A stretch of DNA of 64,000 nt from Eledone cirrhosa (Eukaryota): positions 28,768,001 to 28,832,000 of the forward strand of contig OZ024758.1 in the NCBI GenBank assembly GCA_964016885.1, in the 5' to 3' direction. Below are positions 25,901 to 40,900 of the stretch, in pieces. Position numbers and translations under genes: made by a program. The first letter of the stretch is position 1. Every line of letters starts with the position of its first letter. The notes below the pieces were generated by a model that was not told the DNA's origin, ran no database searches, and was given only the letters and a program-made list of their open reading frames with translations.

Positions 25901-28900
25901 CTCATTAATAAGACTCTAAGGTGCTAACGTATCTGCAGGGTTGCTGCTCATTAATAACACCCTAAGATGCTAACGTATCTGCAGGTTTGCTGCTCATTAA
26001 TAAGACCCTAAGGTGCTAACGTATCTGCAGGGTTGCTGCTCATTAATAAACACCCTAAGATGCTAACGTATCTGCAGGGTTGCTGCTCATTAATAAGACC
26101 CTAACATGCTAACGTATCTGCAGGGTTGCTGCTCATTAATAAGACCCTAATGTGCTAACGTATCTGCAGGGTTGCTGCTCATTAATAACACCCTAAGGTG
26201 CTAACGTATCTGCAGGGTTGCTGCTCATTAATAAGACCCTAAGGTGCTAACGTATCTGCAGGGTTGCTGCTCATTAATAACACCCTAAGGTGCGAACGTA
26301 TCTGCAGGGTTGCTGCTCATTAATAAGACCCTAACATGCTAACGTATCTGCAGGGTTGCTGCTCATTAATAAGACCCTAAGGTGCTAATGTATCTGCAGG
26401 GTTACTGCTCATTAATAAGACCCTAAGATGCTAACGTATCTGCAGGGTTGCTGCTCATTAATAAGACCCTAAGGTGCTAACGTATCTGCAGGGTGTCTGC
26501 TCATTAATAAGACCTAAGATGCTAACGTCTCTGCAGGGTTGCTGCTCATTAATAAGACCCTAAGGTGCGAACGTATCTGCAGGGTTGCTGCTCATTAATA
26601 AGATCCTAACATGCTAACGTATCTGCAGGGTTGCTGCTCATTAATAAGACCCTAAGGTGCTAACGTCTCTGCAGGGTGTCTGCTCATTAATAAGACCCTA
26701 AGATGCTAACGTATCTGCAGGGTTGCTGCTCATTAATAAAACCCTAACATGCTAACGTATCTTCAGGGTTGCTACTCATTAATAAGACCCTAACATGCTA
26801 ACGTATCTGCAGGGTTGCTGCTCATTAATATGACCCTAACATGCTAACGTATCTGCAGGGTTGCTGCTCATTAATAAGACCCTAAGGTGCTAACGTATCT
26901 GCAGGGTTGCTGCTCATTAATAAGACCCTAAGGTGCTAACGTATCTGCAGGATTGCTGCTCATTAATAAGACCCTAACATTCTAACGTATCTGCAGGGTT
27001 GCTGCTCATTAATAAGACCTTAAGGTGCTAACGTATCTGCAGGGTTGTTGCTCATTAATAACACCCTAAGGTGCTAACGTATCTGCAGGGTTGCTGCTCA
27101 TTAATAACACCCTAAGGTGCTAACGTATCTGCAGGGTTGCTGCTCATTAATAAGACCCTAAGGTGCTAACGTATCTGCAGGGTTGTTGCTCATTAATAAC
27201 ACCCTAAGGTGCTAACGTATCTGCAGGGTTGCTGCTCATTAATAAGACCCTAAGATCCTAACGTATCTGCAGGGTTGCGGCTCATTAATAAGACCCTAAG
27301 GTGCTAACGTATCTGCAGGGTTGCTGTTCATTAATAAGACCCTAAGATGCTAACGTATCTGCAGGGTTGCTGCTCATTAATAAGACCCTAAGGTGCTAAC
27401 GTATCTGCAGGGTTGCTGCTCATTAATAATACCCTAAGATGCTAACGTATCTGCCGGGTTGCTGCTCATTAATAAGACCCTAACATGCTAACGTATCTGC
27501 AGGGTTGCTGCTCATTAATAAGACCCTAAAATGCTAACATATCTGCAGGGTTGCTGCTCATTAATAAGACCCTAAGATGCTAACGTATCTGCAGGGTTGC
27601 TGCTCATTAATAAGACCCTAAGGTGCTAACCTATCTGCAGGGTTGCTGCTCATTAATAAGACCCTAACATGCTAACGTATCTGCAGGGTTGCTGCTCATT
27701 AATAAGACCCTAAGGTGCTAACGTATCTGCAGGGTTGCTGCTCATTAATAAGACCCTAAGATGCTAACGTATCTGCGGGGTTGCTGCTCATTAATAAGAC
27801 CCTAAGGTGCTAACGTATCTGCAGGGTTGCTGCTCATTAATAAGACCCTAAGGTGCTAACGTATCTGCAGGGTTGCTGCTCATTAATAAGACCTTAAGGT
27901 GCTAACGTATCTGCAGGGTTGCTGCTCATTAATAAGACCCTAACATGCTAACGTATCTGCAGGGTTGCTGCTCATTAATAAGACCCTAAGGTGCTAACGT
28001 ATCTGCAGGGTTGCTGCTCATTAATAAGACCCTAAGATGCTAACGTATCTGCAGGGTTGCTGCTCATTAATAAGACCCTAACATGCTAACGTATCTGCAG
28101 GGTTGCTGCTCATTAATAAGACCCTAATGTGCTAAAGTATCTGCAGGGTTGCTGCTCATTAATAAGACCTTAAGATGCTAACGTATCTGCAGGGTTGCTG
28201 CTCATTAATGAGACCCTAAGATGCTAACGTATCTGCAGGGTTGCTGCTCATTAATAAGACCCTAACATGCTAACGTATCTGCAGGGTTGCTGCTCATTAA
28301 TAAGACCCTAACATGCTAACGTATCTGCAGGGTTGCTGCTCATTAATAAGACCCTAAGATGCTAACGTATCTGCAGGGTTGCTGCTCATTAATAAGACCC
28401 TAACATGCTAACGTATCTGCAGGGTTGCTGCTCATTAATAAGACCCTAAGATGCTAACGTATCTGCAGGGTTGCTGCTCATTAATAAGACCCTAACATGC
28501 TAACGTATCTGCAGGGTTGCTGCTTATTAATAAGACCCTAAGGTGCTAACGTATCTGCAGGGTTGCTGCTCATTAATAAGACCTTAAGATGCTAACGTAT
28601 CTGCAGGGTTGCTGCTCATTAATAAGACCCTAAGATGCTAACGTATCTGCAGGGTTGCTGCTCCTCATTAATAAGACTCTAACATGCTAACGTATCTGCA
28701 GGGTTGCTGCTCATTAATAAGACCCTAACATGCTAACGTATCTGCAGGGTTGCTGCTCATTAATAAGACCCTAAGATGCTAACGTATCTGCAGGGTTGCT
28801 GCTCATTAATAAGACCCGAAGATGCTAACGTATCTGCAGGGTTGCTGCTCATTAATATGACCCTAAGATGCTAACGTATCTGCAGGGTTGCTGCTCATTA

Positions 28901-31900
28901 ATAAGACCCTAAGATGCTAACGTATCTGCAGGGTTGCTGCTCATTAATAAGACCCTAAGATACTAACGTATCTGCAGGGTTGCTGCTCATTAATAAGACC
29001 CTAAGATGCTAACGTATCTGCAGGGTTGCTGCTCATTAATAAGACCCTAACATGCTAACGTATCTGCAGGGTTGCTGCTCATTAATAAGACCCTAAGATG
29101 CTACCGTATCTGCAGGGTTGCTGCTCATTAATAAGACCCTAACATGCTAACGTATCTGCAGGGTTGCTGCTCATTAATAAGACCCTAACATGCTAACGTA
29201 TCTGCAGGGTTGCTGCTCATTAATAAGACCCTAACATGCTAACGTATCTGCAGGGTTGCTGCTCATTAATAAGACCCTAAGATGCTAACGTATCTGCAGG
29301 GTTGCTGCTCATTAATAAGACCCTAAGATGCTAATGTATCTGCAGGGTTGCTGCTCATTAATAAGACCCTAAGGTGCTAACGTATCTGCAGGGTTGCTGC
29401 TCATTAATAAGACCCTAACATGCTAACGTATCTGCAGGGTTGCTGCTCATTAATAAGACCCTAAAATGCTAATGTATCTGCAGGGTTGCTGCTCATTAAT
29501 AAGACCCTAACATGCTAACGTATCTGCAGGGTTGCTGCTCATTAATATGACCCTAAGGTGCTAACGTATCTGCAGGGTTGCTGCTCATTAATAAGACCCT
29601 AACATGCTAACGTATCTGCAGGGTTGCTGCTCATTAATATGACCCTAAGGTACTAACGTATCTGCAGGGTTGCTGCTCATTAATAAGACCCCAACATGCT
29701 AATGTATCTGCAGGGTTGCTGCTCATTAATAAGACCCTAACATGCTAACGTATCTGCAGGGTTGCTGCTCATTAATAAGACCCTAAGGTGCTAACGTATC
29801 TGCAGGGTTGCTGCTCAATAATAAGACCCTAAGGTGCTAACGTATCTGCAGGGTTGCTGCTCATTAATAAGACCCTAAGGTGCTAACGTATCTGTAGGGT
29901 TGCTGCTCATTAATAAGACCCTAATGTGCTAACGTATCTGCAGGGTTGCTGCTCATTAATAAGACCCTAATGTGCTAAGGTATCTGCAGGGTTGCTGCTC
30001 ATTAATAACACCCTAAGATGCTAACGTATCTGCAGGGTTGCTGCTCATTAATAAGACCCTAAGATGCTAACGTATCTGCAGGGTTGCTGCTCATTAATAA
30101 CACCCTAAGATGCTAACGTATCTGCAGGGTTGCTGCTCATTATTAAGACCCTAATGTGCTAACGTATCTGCAGGGTTGCTGCTCATTAATAACACCCTAA
30201 GATGCTAACGTATCTGCAGGGTTGCTGCTCATTAATAAGACCCTAAGGTGCTAACGTATCTGCAGGGTTGCTGCTCATTAATAACACCCTAAGATGCTAA
30301 CGTATCTGCAGGGTTGCTGCTCATTAATAAGACCCTAACATGCTAACGTATCTGCAGGGTTGCTGCTCATTAATAAGACCCTAATGTGCTAACGTATCTG
30401 CAGGGTTGCTGCTCATTAATAAGACCCTAAAGTGCTAACGTATCTGCAGGGTTGCTGCTCATTAATAACACCCTAAGGTGCGAACGTATCTGCAGGGTTG
30501 CTGCTCATTAATAAGACCCTAACATGCTAACGTATCTGCAGGGTTGCTGCTCATTAATAAGACCCTAAGGTGCTAATGTATCTGCAGGGTTACTGCTCAT
30601 TAATAAGACCCTAAGATGCTAACGTATCTGCAGGGTTGCTGCTCATTAATAAGACCCTAAGGTGCTAACGTATCTGCAGGGTGTCTGCTCATTAATAAGA
30701 CCTAAGATGCTAACGTCTCTGCAGGGTTGCTGCTCATTAATAAGACCCTAAGGTGCTAACGTATCTGCAGGGTTGCTGCTCATTAATAAGACCCTAACAT
30801 GCTAACGTATCTGCAGGGTTGCTGCTCATTAATAAGACCCTAAAATGCTAATGTATCTGCAGGGTTGCTGCTCATTAATAAGACCCTAACATGCTAACGT
30901 ATCTGCAGGGTTGCTGCTCATTAATATGACCCTAAGGTGCTAACGTATCTGCAGGGTTGCTGCTCATTAATAAGACCCTAACATGCTAACGTATCTGCAG
31001 GGTTGCTGCTCATTAATATGACCCTAAGGTACTAACGTATCTGCAGGGTTGCTGCTCATTAATAAGACCCCAACATGCTAATGTATCTGCAGGGTTGCTG
31101 CTCATTAATAAGACCCTAACATGCTAACGTATCTGCAGGGTTGCTGCTCATTAATAAGACCCTAAGGTGCTAACGTATCTGCAGGGTTGCTGCTCAATAA
31201 TAAGACCCTAAGGTGCTAACGTATCTGCAGGGTTGCTGCTCATTAATAAGACCCTAAGGTGCTAACGTATCTGTAGGGTTGCTGCTCATTAATAAGACCC
31301 TAATGTGCTAACGTATCTGCAGGGTTGCTGCTCATTAATAAGACCCTAATGTGCTAACGTATCTGCAGGGTTGCTGCTCATTAATAACACCCTAAGATGC
31401 TAACGTATCTGCAGGGTTGCTGCTCATTAATAAGACCCTAAGATGCTAACGTATCTGCAGGGTTGCTGCTCATTAATAACACCCTAAGATGCTAACGTAT
31501 CTGCAGGGTTGCTGCTCATTATTAAGACCCTAATGTGCTAACGTATCTGCAGGGTTGCTGCTCATTAATAACACCCTAAGATGCTAACGTATCTGCAGGG
31601 TTGCTGCTCATTAATAAGACCCTAAGGTGCTAACGTATCTGCAGGGTTGCTGCTCATTAATAACACCCTAAGATGCTAACGTATCTGCAGGGTTGCTGCT
31701 CATTAATAAGACCCTAACATGCTAACGTATCTGCAGGGTTGCTGCTCATTAATAAGACCCTAATGTGCTAACGTATCTGCAGGGTTGCTGCTCATTAATA
31801 AGACCCTAAAGTGCTAACGTATCTGCAGGGTTGCTGCTCATTAATAACACCCTAAGGTGCGAACGTATCTGCAGGGTTGCTGCTCATTAATAAGACCCTA

Positions 31901-34900
31901 ACATGCTAACGTATCTGCAGGGTTGCTGCTCATTAATAAGACCCTAAGGTGCTAATGTATCTGCAGGGTTACTGCTCATTAATAAGACCCTAAGATGCTA
32001 ACGTATCTGCAGGGTTGCTGCTCATTAATAAGACCCTAAGGTGCTAACGTATCTGCAGGGTGTCTGCTCATTAATAAGACCTAAGATGCTAACGTCTCTG
32101 CAGGGTTGCTGCTCATTAATAAGATCCTAACATGCTAACGTATCTTCAGGGTTGCTACTCATTAATAAGACCCTAACATGCTAACGTATCTGCAGGGTTG
32201 CTGCTCATTAATATGACCCTAACATGCTAACGTATCTGCAGGGTTGCTGCTCATTAATAAGACCCTAAAGTGCTAACGTATCTGCAGGGTTGCTGCTCAT
32301 TAATAAGACCCTAAGGTGCTAACGTATCTGCAGGGTTGCTGCTTATTAATAAGACCCTAAAATGCTAACGTATCTGCAGGGTTGCTGCTCATTAATAAGA
32401 CCCTAAGGTGCTAACGTATCTGCAGGGTTGCTGCTCATTAATAAGACCCTAAGATGCTATCGTATCTGCAGGGTTGCTGCTCGTTAATAAGACCCTAACA
32501 TGCTAACGTATCTGCAGGGTTGCTGCTCATTAATAAGACCCTAATATGCTAACGTATCTGCAGGGTTGCTGCTCATTAATAAGACCCTAAGATGCTAACG
32601 TCTCTGCAGGGTTGCTGCTCATTAATAAGACCCTAAGGTGCGAACGTATCTGCAGGGTTGCTGCTCATTAATAAGATCCTAACATGCTAACGTATCTGCA
32701 GGGTTGCTGCTCATTAATAAGACCCTAAGGTGCTAACGTCTCTGCAGGGTGTCTGCTCATTAATAAGACCCTAAGATGCTAACGTATCTGCAGGGTTGCT
32801 GCTCATTAATAAGACCCTAACATGCTAACGTATCTTCAGGGTTGCTACTCATTAATAAGACCCTAACATGCTAACGTATCTGCAGGGTTGCTGCTCATTA
32901 ATATGACCCTAACATGCTAACGTATCTGCAGGGTTGCTGCTCATTAATAAGACCCTAAAGTGCTAACGTATCTGCAGGGTTGCTGCTCATTAATAAGACC
33001 CTAAGGTGCTAACGTATCTGCAGGGTTGCTGCTTATTAATAAGACCCTAAAATGCTAACGTATCTGCAGGGTTGCTGCTCATTAATAAGACCCTAAGGTG
33101 CTAACGTATCTGCAGGGTTGCTGCTCATTAATAAGACCCTAAGATGCTATCGTATCTGCAGGGTTGCTGCTCATTAATAAGACCCTAACATGCTAACGTA
33201 TCTGCAGGGTTGCTGCTCATTAATAAGACCCTAATATGCTAACGTATCTGCAGGGTTGCTGCTCATTAATAAGACCCTAAGATGCTAACGTATCTGCAGG
33301 GTTGCTGCTCATTAATAAGACCCTAAGGTGCTAACGTATCTGCAGGATTGCTGCTCATTAATAAGACCCTAACATGCTAACGTATCTGCAGGGTTGCTGC
33401 TCATTAATAACACCCTAAGGTGCTAACGTATCTGCAGGGTTGCTGCTCATTAATAAGACCCTAAGGTGCTAACGTATCTGCAGGGTTGTTGCTCATTAAT
33501 AACACCCTAAGGTGCTAACGTATCTGCAGGGTTGCTGCTCATTAATAACACCCTAAGGTGCTAACGTATCTGCAGGGTTGCTGCTCATTAATAAGACCCT
33601 AAGGTGCTAACGTATCTGCAGGGTTGCTGCTCATTAATAACACCCTAAGGTGCGAACGTATCTGCAGGGTTGCTGCTCATTAATAAGACCCTAACATGCT
33701 AACGTATCTGCAGGGTTGCTGCTCATTAATAAGACCCTAAGGTGCTAATGTATCTGCAGGGTTACTGCTCATTAATAAGACCCTAAGATGCTAACGTATC
33801 TGCAGGGTTGCTGCTCATTAATAAGACCCTAAGGTGCTAACGTATCTGCAGGGTGTCTGCTCATTAATAAGACCTAAGATGCTAACGTCTCTGCAGGGTT
33901 GCTGCTCATTAATAAGACCCTAAGGTGCTAACGTATCTGCAGGGTTGCTGCTCATTAATAAGACCCTAACATGCTAACGTATCTGCAGGGTTGCTGCTCA
34001 TTAATAAGACCCTAAAATGCTAATGTATCTGCAGGGTTGCTGCTCATTAATAAGACCCTAACATGCTAACGTATCTGCAGGGTTGCTGCTCATTAATATG
34101 ACCCTAAGGTGCTAACGTATCTGCAGGGTTGCTGCTCATTAATAAGACCCTAACATGCTAACGTATCTGCAGGGTTGCTGCTCATTAATATGACCCTAAG
34201 GTACTAACGTATCTGCAGGGTTGCTGCTCATTAATAAGACCCCAACATGCTAATGTATCTGCAGGGTTGCTGCTCATTAATAAGACCCTAACATGCTAAC
34301 GTATCTGCAGGGTTGCTGCTCATTAATAAGACCCTAAGGTGCTAACGTATCTGCAGGGTTGCTGCTCAATAATAAGACCCTAAGGTGCTAACGTATCTGC
34401 AGGGTTGCTGCTCATTAATAAGACCCTAAGGTGCTAACGTATCTGTAGGGTTGCTGCTCATTAATAAGACCCTAATGTGCTAACGTATCTGCAGGGTTGC
34501 TGCTCATTAATAAGACCCTAATGTGCTAAGGTATCTGCAGGGTTGCTGCTCATTAATAACACCCTAAGATGCTAACGTATCTGCAGGGTTGCTGCTCATT
34601 AATAAGACCCTAAGATGCTAACGTATCTGCAGGGTTGCTGCTCATTAATAACACCCTAAGATGCTAACGTATCTGCAGGGTTGCTGCTCATTATTAAGAC
34701 CCTAATGTGCTAACGTATCTGCAGGGTTGCTGCTCATTAATAACACCCTAAGATGCTAACGTATCTGCAGGGTTGCTGCTCATTAATAAGACCCTAAGGT
34801 GCTAACGTATCTGCAGGGTTGCTGCTCATTAATAACACCCTAAGATGCTAACGTATCTGCAGGGTTGCTGCTCATTAATAAGACCCTAACATGCTAACGT

Positions 34901-37900
34901 ATCTGCAGGGTTGCTGCTCATTAATAAGACCCTAATGTGCTAACGTATCTGCAGGGTTGCTGCTCATTAATAAGACCCTAAAGTGCTAACGTATCTGCAG
35001 GGTTGCTGCTCATTAATAACACCCTAAGGTGCGAACGTATCTGCAGGGTTGCTGCTCATTAATAAGACCCTAACATGCTAACGTATCTGCAGGGTTGCTG
35101 CTCATTAATAAGACCCTAAGGTGCTAATGTATCTGCAGGGTTACTGCTCATTAATAAGACCCTAAGATGCTAACGTATCTGCAGGGTTGCTGCTCATTAA
35201 TAAGACCCTAAGGTGCTAACGTATCTGCAGGGTGTCTGCTCATTAATAAGACCTAAGATGCTAACGTCTCTGCAGGGTTGCTGCTCATTAATAAGATCCT
35301 AACATGCTAACGTATCTTCAGGGTTGCTACTCATTAATAAGACCCTAACATGCTAACGTATCTGCAGGGTTGCTGCTCATTAATATGACCCTAACATGCT
35401 AACGTATCTGCAGGGTTGCTGCTCATTAATAAGACCCTAAAGTGCTAACGTATCTGCAGGGTTGCTGCTCATTAATAAGACCCTAAGGTGCTAACGTATC
35501 TGCAGGGTTGCTGCTTATTAATAAGACCCTAAAATGCTAACGTATCTGCAGGGTTGCTGCTCATTAATAAGACCCTAAGGTGCTAACGTATCTGCAGGGT
35601 TGCTGCTCATTAATAAGACCCTAAGATGCTATCGTATCTGCAGGGTTGCTGCTCGTTAATAAGACCCTAACATGCTAACGTATCTGCAGGGTTGCTGCTC
35701 ATTAATAAGACCCTAATATGCTAACGTATCTGCAGGGTTGCTGCTCATTAATAAGACCCTAAGATGCTAACGTCTCTGCAGGGTTGCTGCTCATTAATAA
35801 GACCCTAAGGTGCGAACGTATCTGCAGGGTTGCTGCTCATTAATAAGATCCTAACATGCTAACGTATCTGCAGGGTTGCTGCTCATTAATAAGACCCTAA
35901 GGTGCTAACGTCTCTGCAGGGTGTCTGCTCATTAATAAGACCCTAAGATGCTAACGTATCTGCAGGGTTGCTGCTCATTAATAAGACCCTAACATGCTAA
36001 CGTATCTTCAGGGTTGCTACTCATTAATAAGACCCTAACATGCTAACGTATCTGCAGGGTTGCTGCTCATTAATATGACCCTAGCATGCTAACGTATCTG
36101 CAGGGTTGCTGCTCATTAATAAGACCCTAAAGTGCTAACGTATCTGCAGGGTTGCTGCTCATTAATAAGACCCTAAGGTGCTAACGTATCTGCAGGGTTG
36201 CTGCTTATTAATAAGACCCTAAAATGCTAACGTATCTGCAGGGTTGCTGCTCATTAATAAGACCCTAAGGTGCTAACGTATCTGCAGGGTTGCTGCTCAT
36301 TAATAAGACCCTAAGATGCTATCGTATCTGCAGGGTTGCTGCTCATTAATAAGACCCTAACATGCTAACGTATCTGCAGGGTTGCTGCTCATTAATAAGA
36401 CCCTAATATGCTAACGTATCTGCAGGGTTGCTGCTCATTAATAAGACCCTAAGATGCTAACGTATCTGCAGGGTTGCTGCTCATTAATAAGACCCTAAGG
36501 TGCTAACGTATCTGCAGGATTGCTGCTCATTAATAAGACCCTAACATGCTAACGTATCTGCAGGGTTGCTGCTCATTAATAACACCCTAAGGTGCTAACG
36601 TATCTGCAGGGTTGCTGCTCATTAATAAGACCCTAAGGTGCTAACGTATCTGCAGGGTTGTTGCTCATTAATAACACCCTAAGGTGCTAACGTATCTGCA
36701 GGGTTGCTGCTCATTAATAACACCCTAAGGTGCTAACGTATCTGCAGGGTTGCTGCTCATTAATAAGACCCTAAGGTGCTAACGTATCTGCAGGGTTGTT
36801 GCTCATTAATAACACCCTAAGGTGCTAACGTATCTGCAGGGTTGCTGCTCATTAATAAGACCCTAACATGCTAACGTATCTGCCGGGTTGCTGCTCATTA
36901 ATAAGACCCTAACATGCTAACGTATCTGCAGGGTTGCTGCTCATTAATAAGACCCTAAAATGCTAACATATCTGCAGGGTTGCTGCTCATTAATAAGACC
37001 CTAAGGTGCTAACCTATCTGCAGGGTTGCTGCTCATTAATAAGACCCTAACATGCTAACGTATCTGCAGGGTTGCTGCTCATTAATAAGACCCTAAGGTG
37101 CTAACGTATCTGCAGGGTTGCTGCTCATTAATAAGACCCTAAGGTGCTAACCTATCTGCAGGGTTGCTGCTCATTAATAAGACCCTAACATGCTAACGTA
37201 TCTGCAGGGTTGCTGCTCATTAATAAGACCCTAAGGTGCTAACGTATCTTCAGGGTTGCTGCTCATTAATAAGACCCTAAGGTGCTAACGTATCTGCAGG
37301 GTTCCTGCTCATTAATAAGACCTTAAGGTGCTAACGTATCTGCAGGGTTGCTGCTCATTAATAAGACCCTAAGGTGCTAACGTCTCTGCAGGGTGTCTGC
37401 TCATTAATAAGACCTTAAGATGCTAACGTATCTGCAGGGTTGCTGCTCATTAATAAGACCCTAACATGCTAACGTATCTGCAGGGTTGCTGCTCATTAAT
37501 AAGACCCTAAGGTGCTAACGTATCTGCAGGGTTGCTGCTCATTAATAAGACCCTAACATGCTAACGTATCTGCAGGGTTGCTGCTCATTAATAAGACCCT
37601 AAGATGCTAACGTATCTGCAGGGTTGCTGCTCATTAATAAGACCCTAACATGCTAACGTATCTGCAGGGTTGCTGCTCATTAATAAGACCTTAACATGCT
37701 AACGTATCTGCAGGGTTGCTGCTCATTAATAAGACCCTAACATGCTAACGTATCTGCAGGGTTGCTGCTCATTAATAAGACCCTAACATGCTAACGTATC
37801 TGCAGGGTTGCTGCTCATTAATAAGACCCTAAGATGCTAACGTATCTGCAGGGTTGCTGCTCATTAATAAGACCCTAAGATGCTAACGTATCTGCAGGGT

Positions 37901-40900
37901 TGCTGCTCATTAATAAGACCCTAACATGCTAACGTATCTGCAGGGCTACTGCTCATTAATAAGACCCTAAGATGCTAACGTATCTGCAGGGTTGCTGCTC
38001 ATTAATAAGACCCTAAGGTGCTAACGTCTCTGCAGGGTGTCTGCTCATTAATAAGACCCTAAGATGCTAACGTATCTGCAGGGTTGCTGCTCATTAATAA
38101 GACCCTAACATGCTAACGTATCTTCAGGGTTGCTACTCATTAATAAGACCCTAACATGCTAACGTATCTGCAGGGTTGCTGCTCATTAATATGACCCTAA
38201 CATGCTAACGTATCTGCAGGGTTGCTGCTCATTAATAAGACCCTAAAGTGCTAACGTATCTGCAGGGTTGCTGCTCATTAATAAGACCCTAAGGTGCTAA
38301 CGTATCTGCAGGGTTGCTGCTCATTAATAAGACCCTAAGATGGTATCGTATCTGCAGGGTTGCTGCTCATTAATAAGACCCTAACATGCTAACGTATCTG
38401 CAGGGTTGCTGCTCATTAATAAGACCCTAATATGCTAACGTATCTGCAGGGTTGCTGCTCATTAATAAGACCCTAAGATGCTAACGTATCTGCAGGGTTG
38501 CTGCTCATTAATAAGACCCTAACATGCTAACGTATCTGCAGGGTTGCTGCTCATTAATAAGACCCTAAGGTGCTAATGTATCTGCAGGGTTACTGCTCAT
38601 TAATAAGACCCTAAGATGCTAACGTATCTGCAGGGTTGCTGCTCATTAATAAGACCCTAAGGTGCTAACGTATCTGCAGGGTGTCTGCTCATTAATAAGA
38701 CCTAAGATGCTAACGTCTCTGCAGGGTTGCTGCTCATTAATAAGACCCTAAGGTGCGAACGTATCTGCAGGGTTGCTGCTCATTAATAAGATCCTAACAT
38801 GCTAACGTATCTGCAGGGTTGCTGCTCATTAATAAGACCCTAAGGTGCTAACGTCTCTGCAGGGTGTCTGCTCATTAATAAGACCCTAAGATGCTAACGT
38901 ATCTGCAGGGTTGCTGCTCATTAATAAGACCCTAACATGCTAACGTATCTTCAGGGTTGCTACTCATTAATAAGACCCTAACATGCTAACGTATCTGCAG
39001 GGTTGCTGCTCATTAATATGACCCTAACATGCTAACGTATCTGCAGGGTTGCTGCTCATTAATAAGACCCTAAAGTGCTAACGTATCTGCAGGGTTGCTG
39101 CTCATTAATAAGATCCTAAGGTGCTAACGTATCTGCAGGGTTGCTGCTTATTAATAAGACCCTAAAATGCTAACGTATCTGCAGGGTTGCTGCTCATTAA
39201 TAAGACCCTAAGGTGCTAACGTATCTGCAGGGTTGCTGCTCGTTAATAAGACCCTAACATGCTAACGTATCTGCAGGGTTGCTGCTCATTAATAAGACCC
39301 TAATATGCTAACGTATCTGCAGGGTTGCTGCTCATTAATAAGACCCTGAGATGCTAACGTCTCTGCAGGGTTGCTGCTCATTAATAAGACCCTAAGGTGC
39401 GAACGTATCTGCAGGGTTGCTGCTCATTAATAAGATCCTAACATGCTAACGTATCTGCAGGGTTGCTGCTCATTAATAAGACCCTAAGGTGCTAACGTCT
39501 CTGCAGGGTGTCTGCTCATTAATAAGACCCTAAGATGCTAACGTATCTGCAGGGTTGCTGCTCATTAATAAGACCCTAACATGCTAACGTATCTTCAGGG
39601 TTGCTACTCATTAATAAGACCCTAACATGCTAACGTATCTGCAGGGTTGCTGCTCATTAATATGACCCTAACATGCTAACGTATCTGCAGGGTTGCTGCT
39701 CATTAATAAGACCCTAAAGTGCTAACGTATCTGCAGGGTTGCTGCTCATTAATAAGACCCTAAGGTGCTAACGTATCTGCAGGGTTGCTGCTTATTAATA
39801 AGACCCTAAAATGCTAACGTATCTGCAGGGTTGCTGCTCATTAATAAGACCCTAAGGTGCTAACGTATCTGCAGGGTTGCTGCTCATTAATAAGACCCTA
39901 ATATGCTAACGTATCTGCAGGGTTGCTGCTCATTAATAAGACCCTAAGATGCTAACGTATCTGCAGGGTTGCTGCTCATTAATAAGACCCTAAGGTGCTA
40001 ACGTATCTGCAGGATTGCTGCTCATTAATAAGACCCTAACATGCTAACGTATCTGCAGGGTTGCTGCTCATTAATAACACCCTAAGGTGCTAACGTATCT
40101 GCAGGGTTGCTGCTCATTAATAAGACCCTAAGGTGCTAACGTATCTGCAGGGTTGTTGCTCATTAATAACACCCTAAGGTGCTAACGTATCTGCAGGGTT
40201 GCTGCTCATTAATAACACCCTAAGGTGCTAACGTATCTGCAGGGTTGCTGCTCATTAATAAGACCCTAAGGTGCTAACGTATCTGCAGGGTTGTTGCTCA
40301 TTAATAACACCCTAAGGTGCTAACGTATCTGCAGGGTTGCTGCTCATTAATAAGACCCTAAGATCCTAACGTATCTGCAGGGTTGCGGCTCATTAATAAG
40401 ACCCTAAGGTGCTAACGTATCTGCAGGGTTGCTGCTCATTAATAAGACCCTAACATGCTAACGTATCTGCCGGGTTGCTGCTTATTAATAAGACCCTAAC
40501 ATGCTAACGTATCTGCAGGGTTGCTGCTCATTAATAAGACCCTAAAATGCTAACATATCTGCAGGGTTGCTGCTCATTAATAAGACCCTAAGGTGCTAAC
40601 CTATCTGCAGGGTTGCTGCTCATTAATAAGACCCTAACATGCTAACGTATCTGCAGGGTTGCTGCTCATTAATAAGACCCTAAGGTGCTAACGTATCTGC
40701 AGGGTTGCTGCTCATTAATAAGACCCTAAGGTGCTAACCTATCTGCAGGGTTGCTGCTCATTAATAAGACCCTAACATGCTAACGTATCTGCAGGGTTGC
40801 TGCTCATTAATAAGACCCTAAGGTGCTAACGTATCTTCAGGGTTGCTGCTCATTAATAAGACCCTAAGGTGCTAACGTATCTGCAGGGTTCCTGCTCATT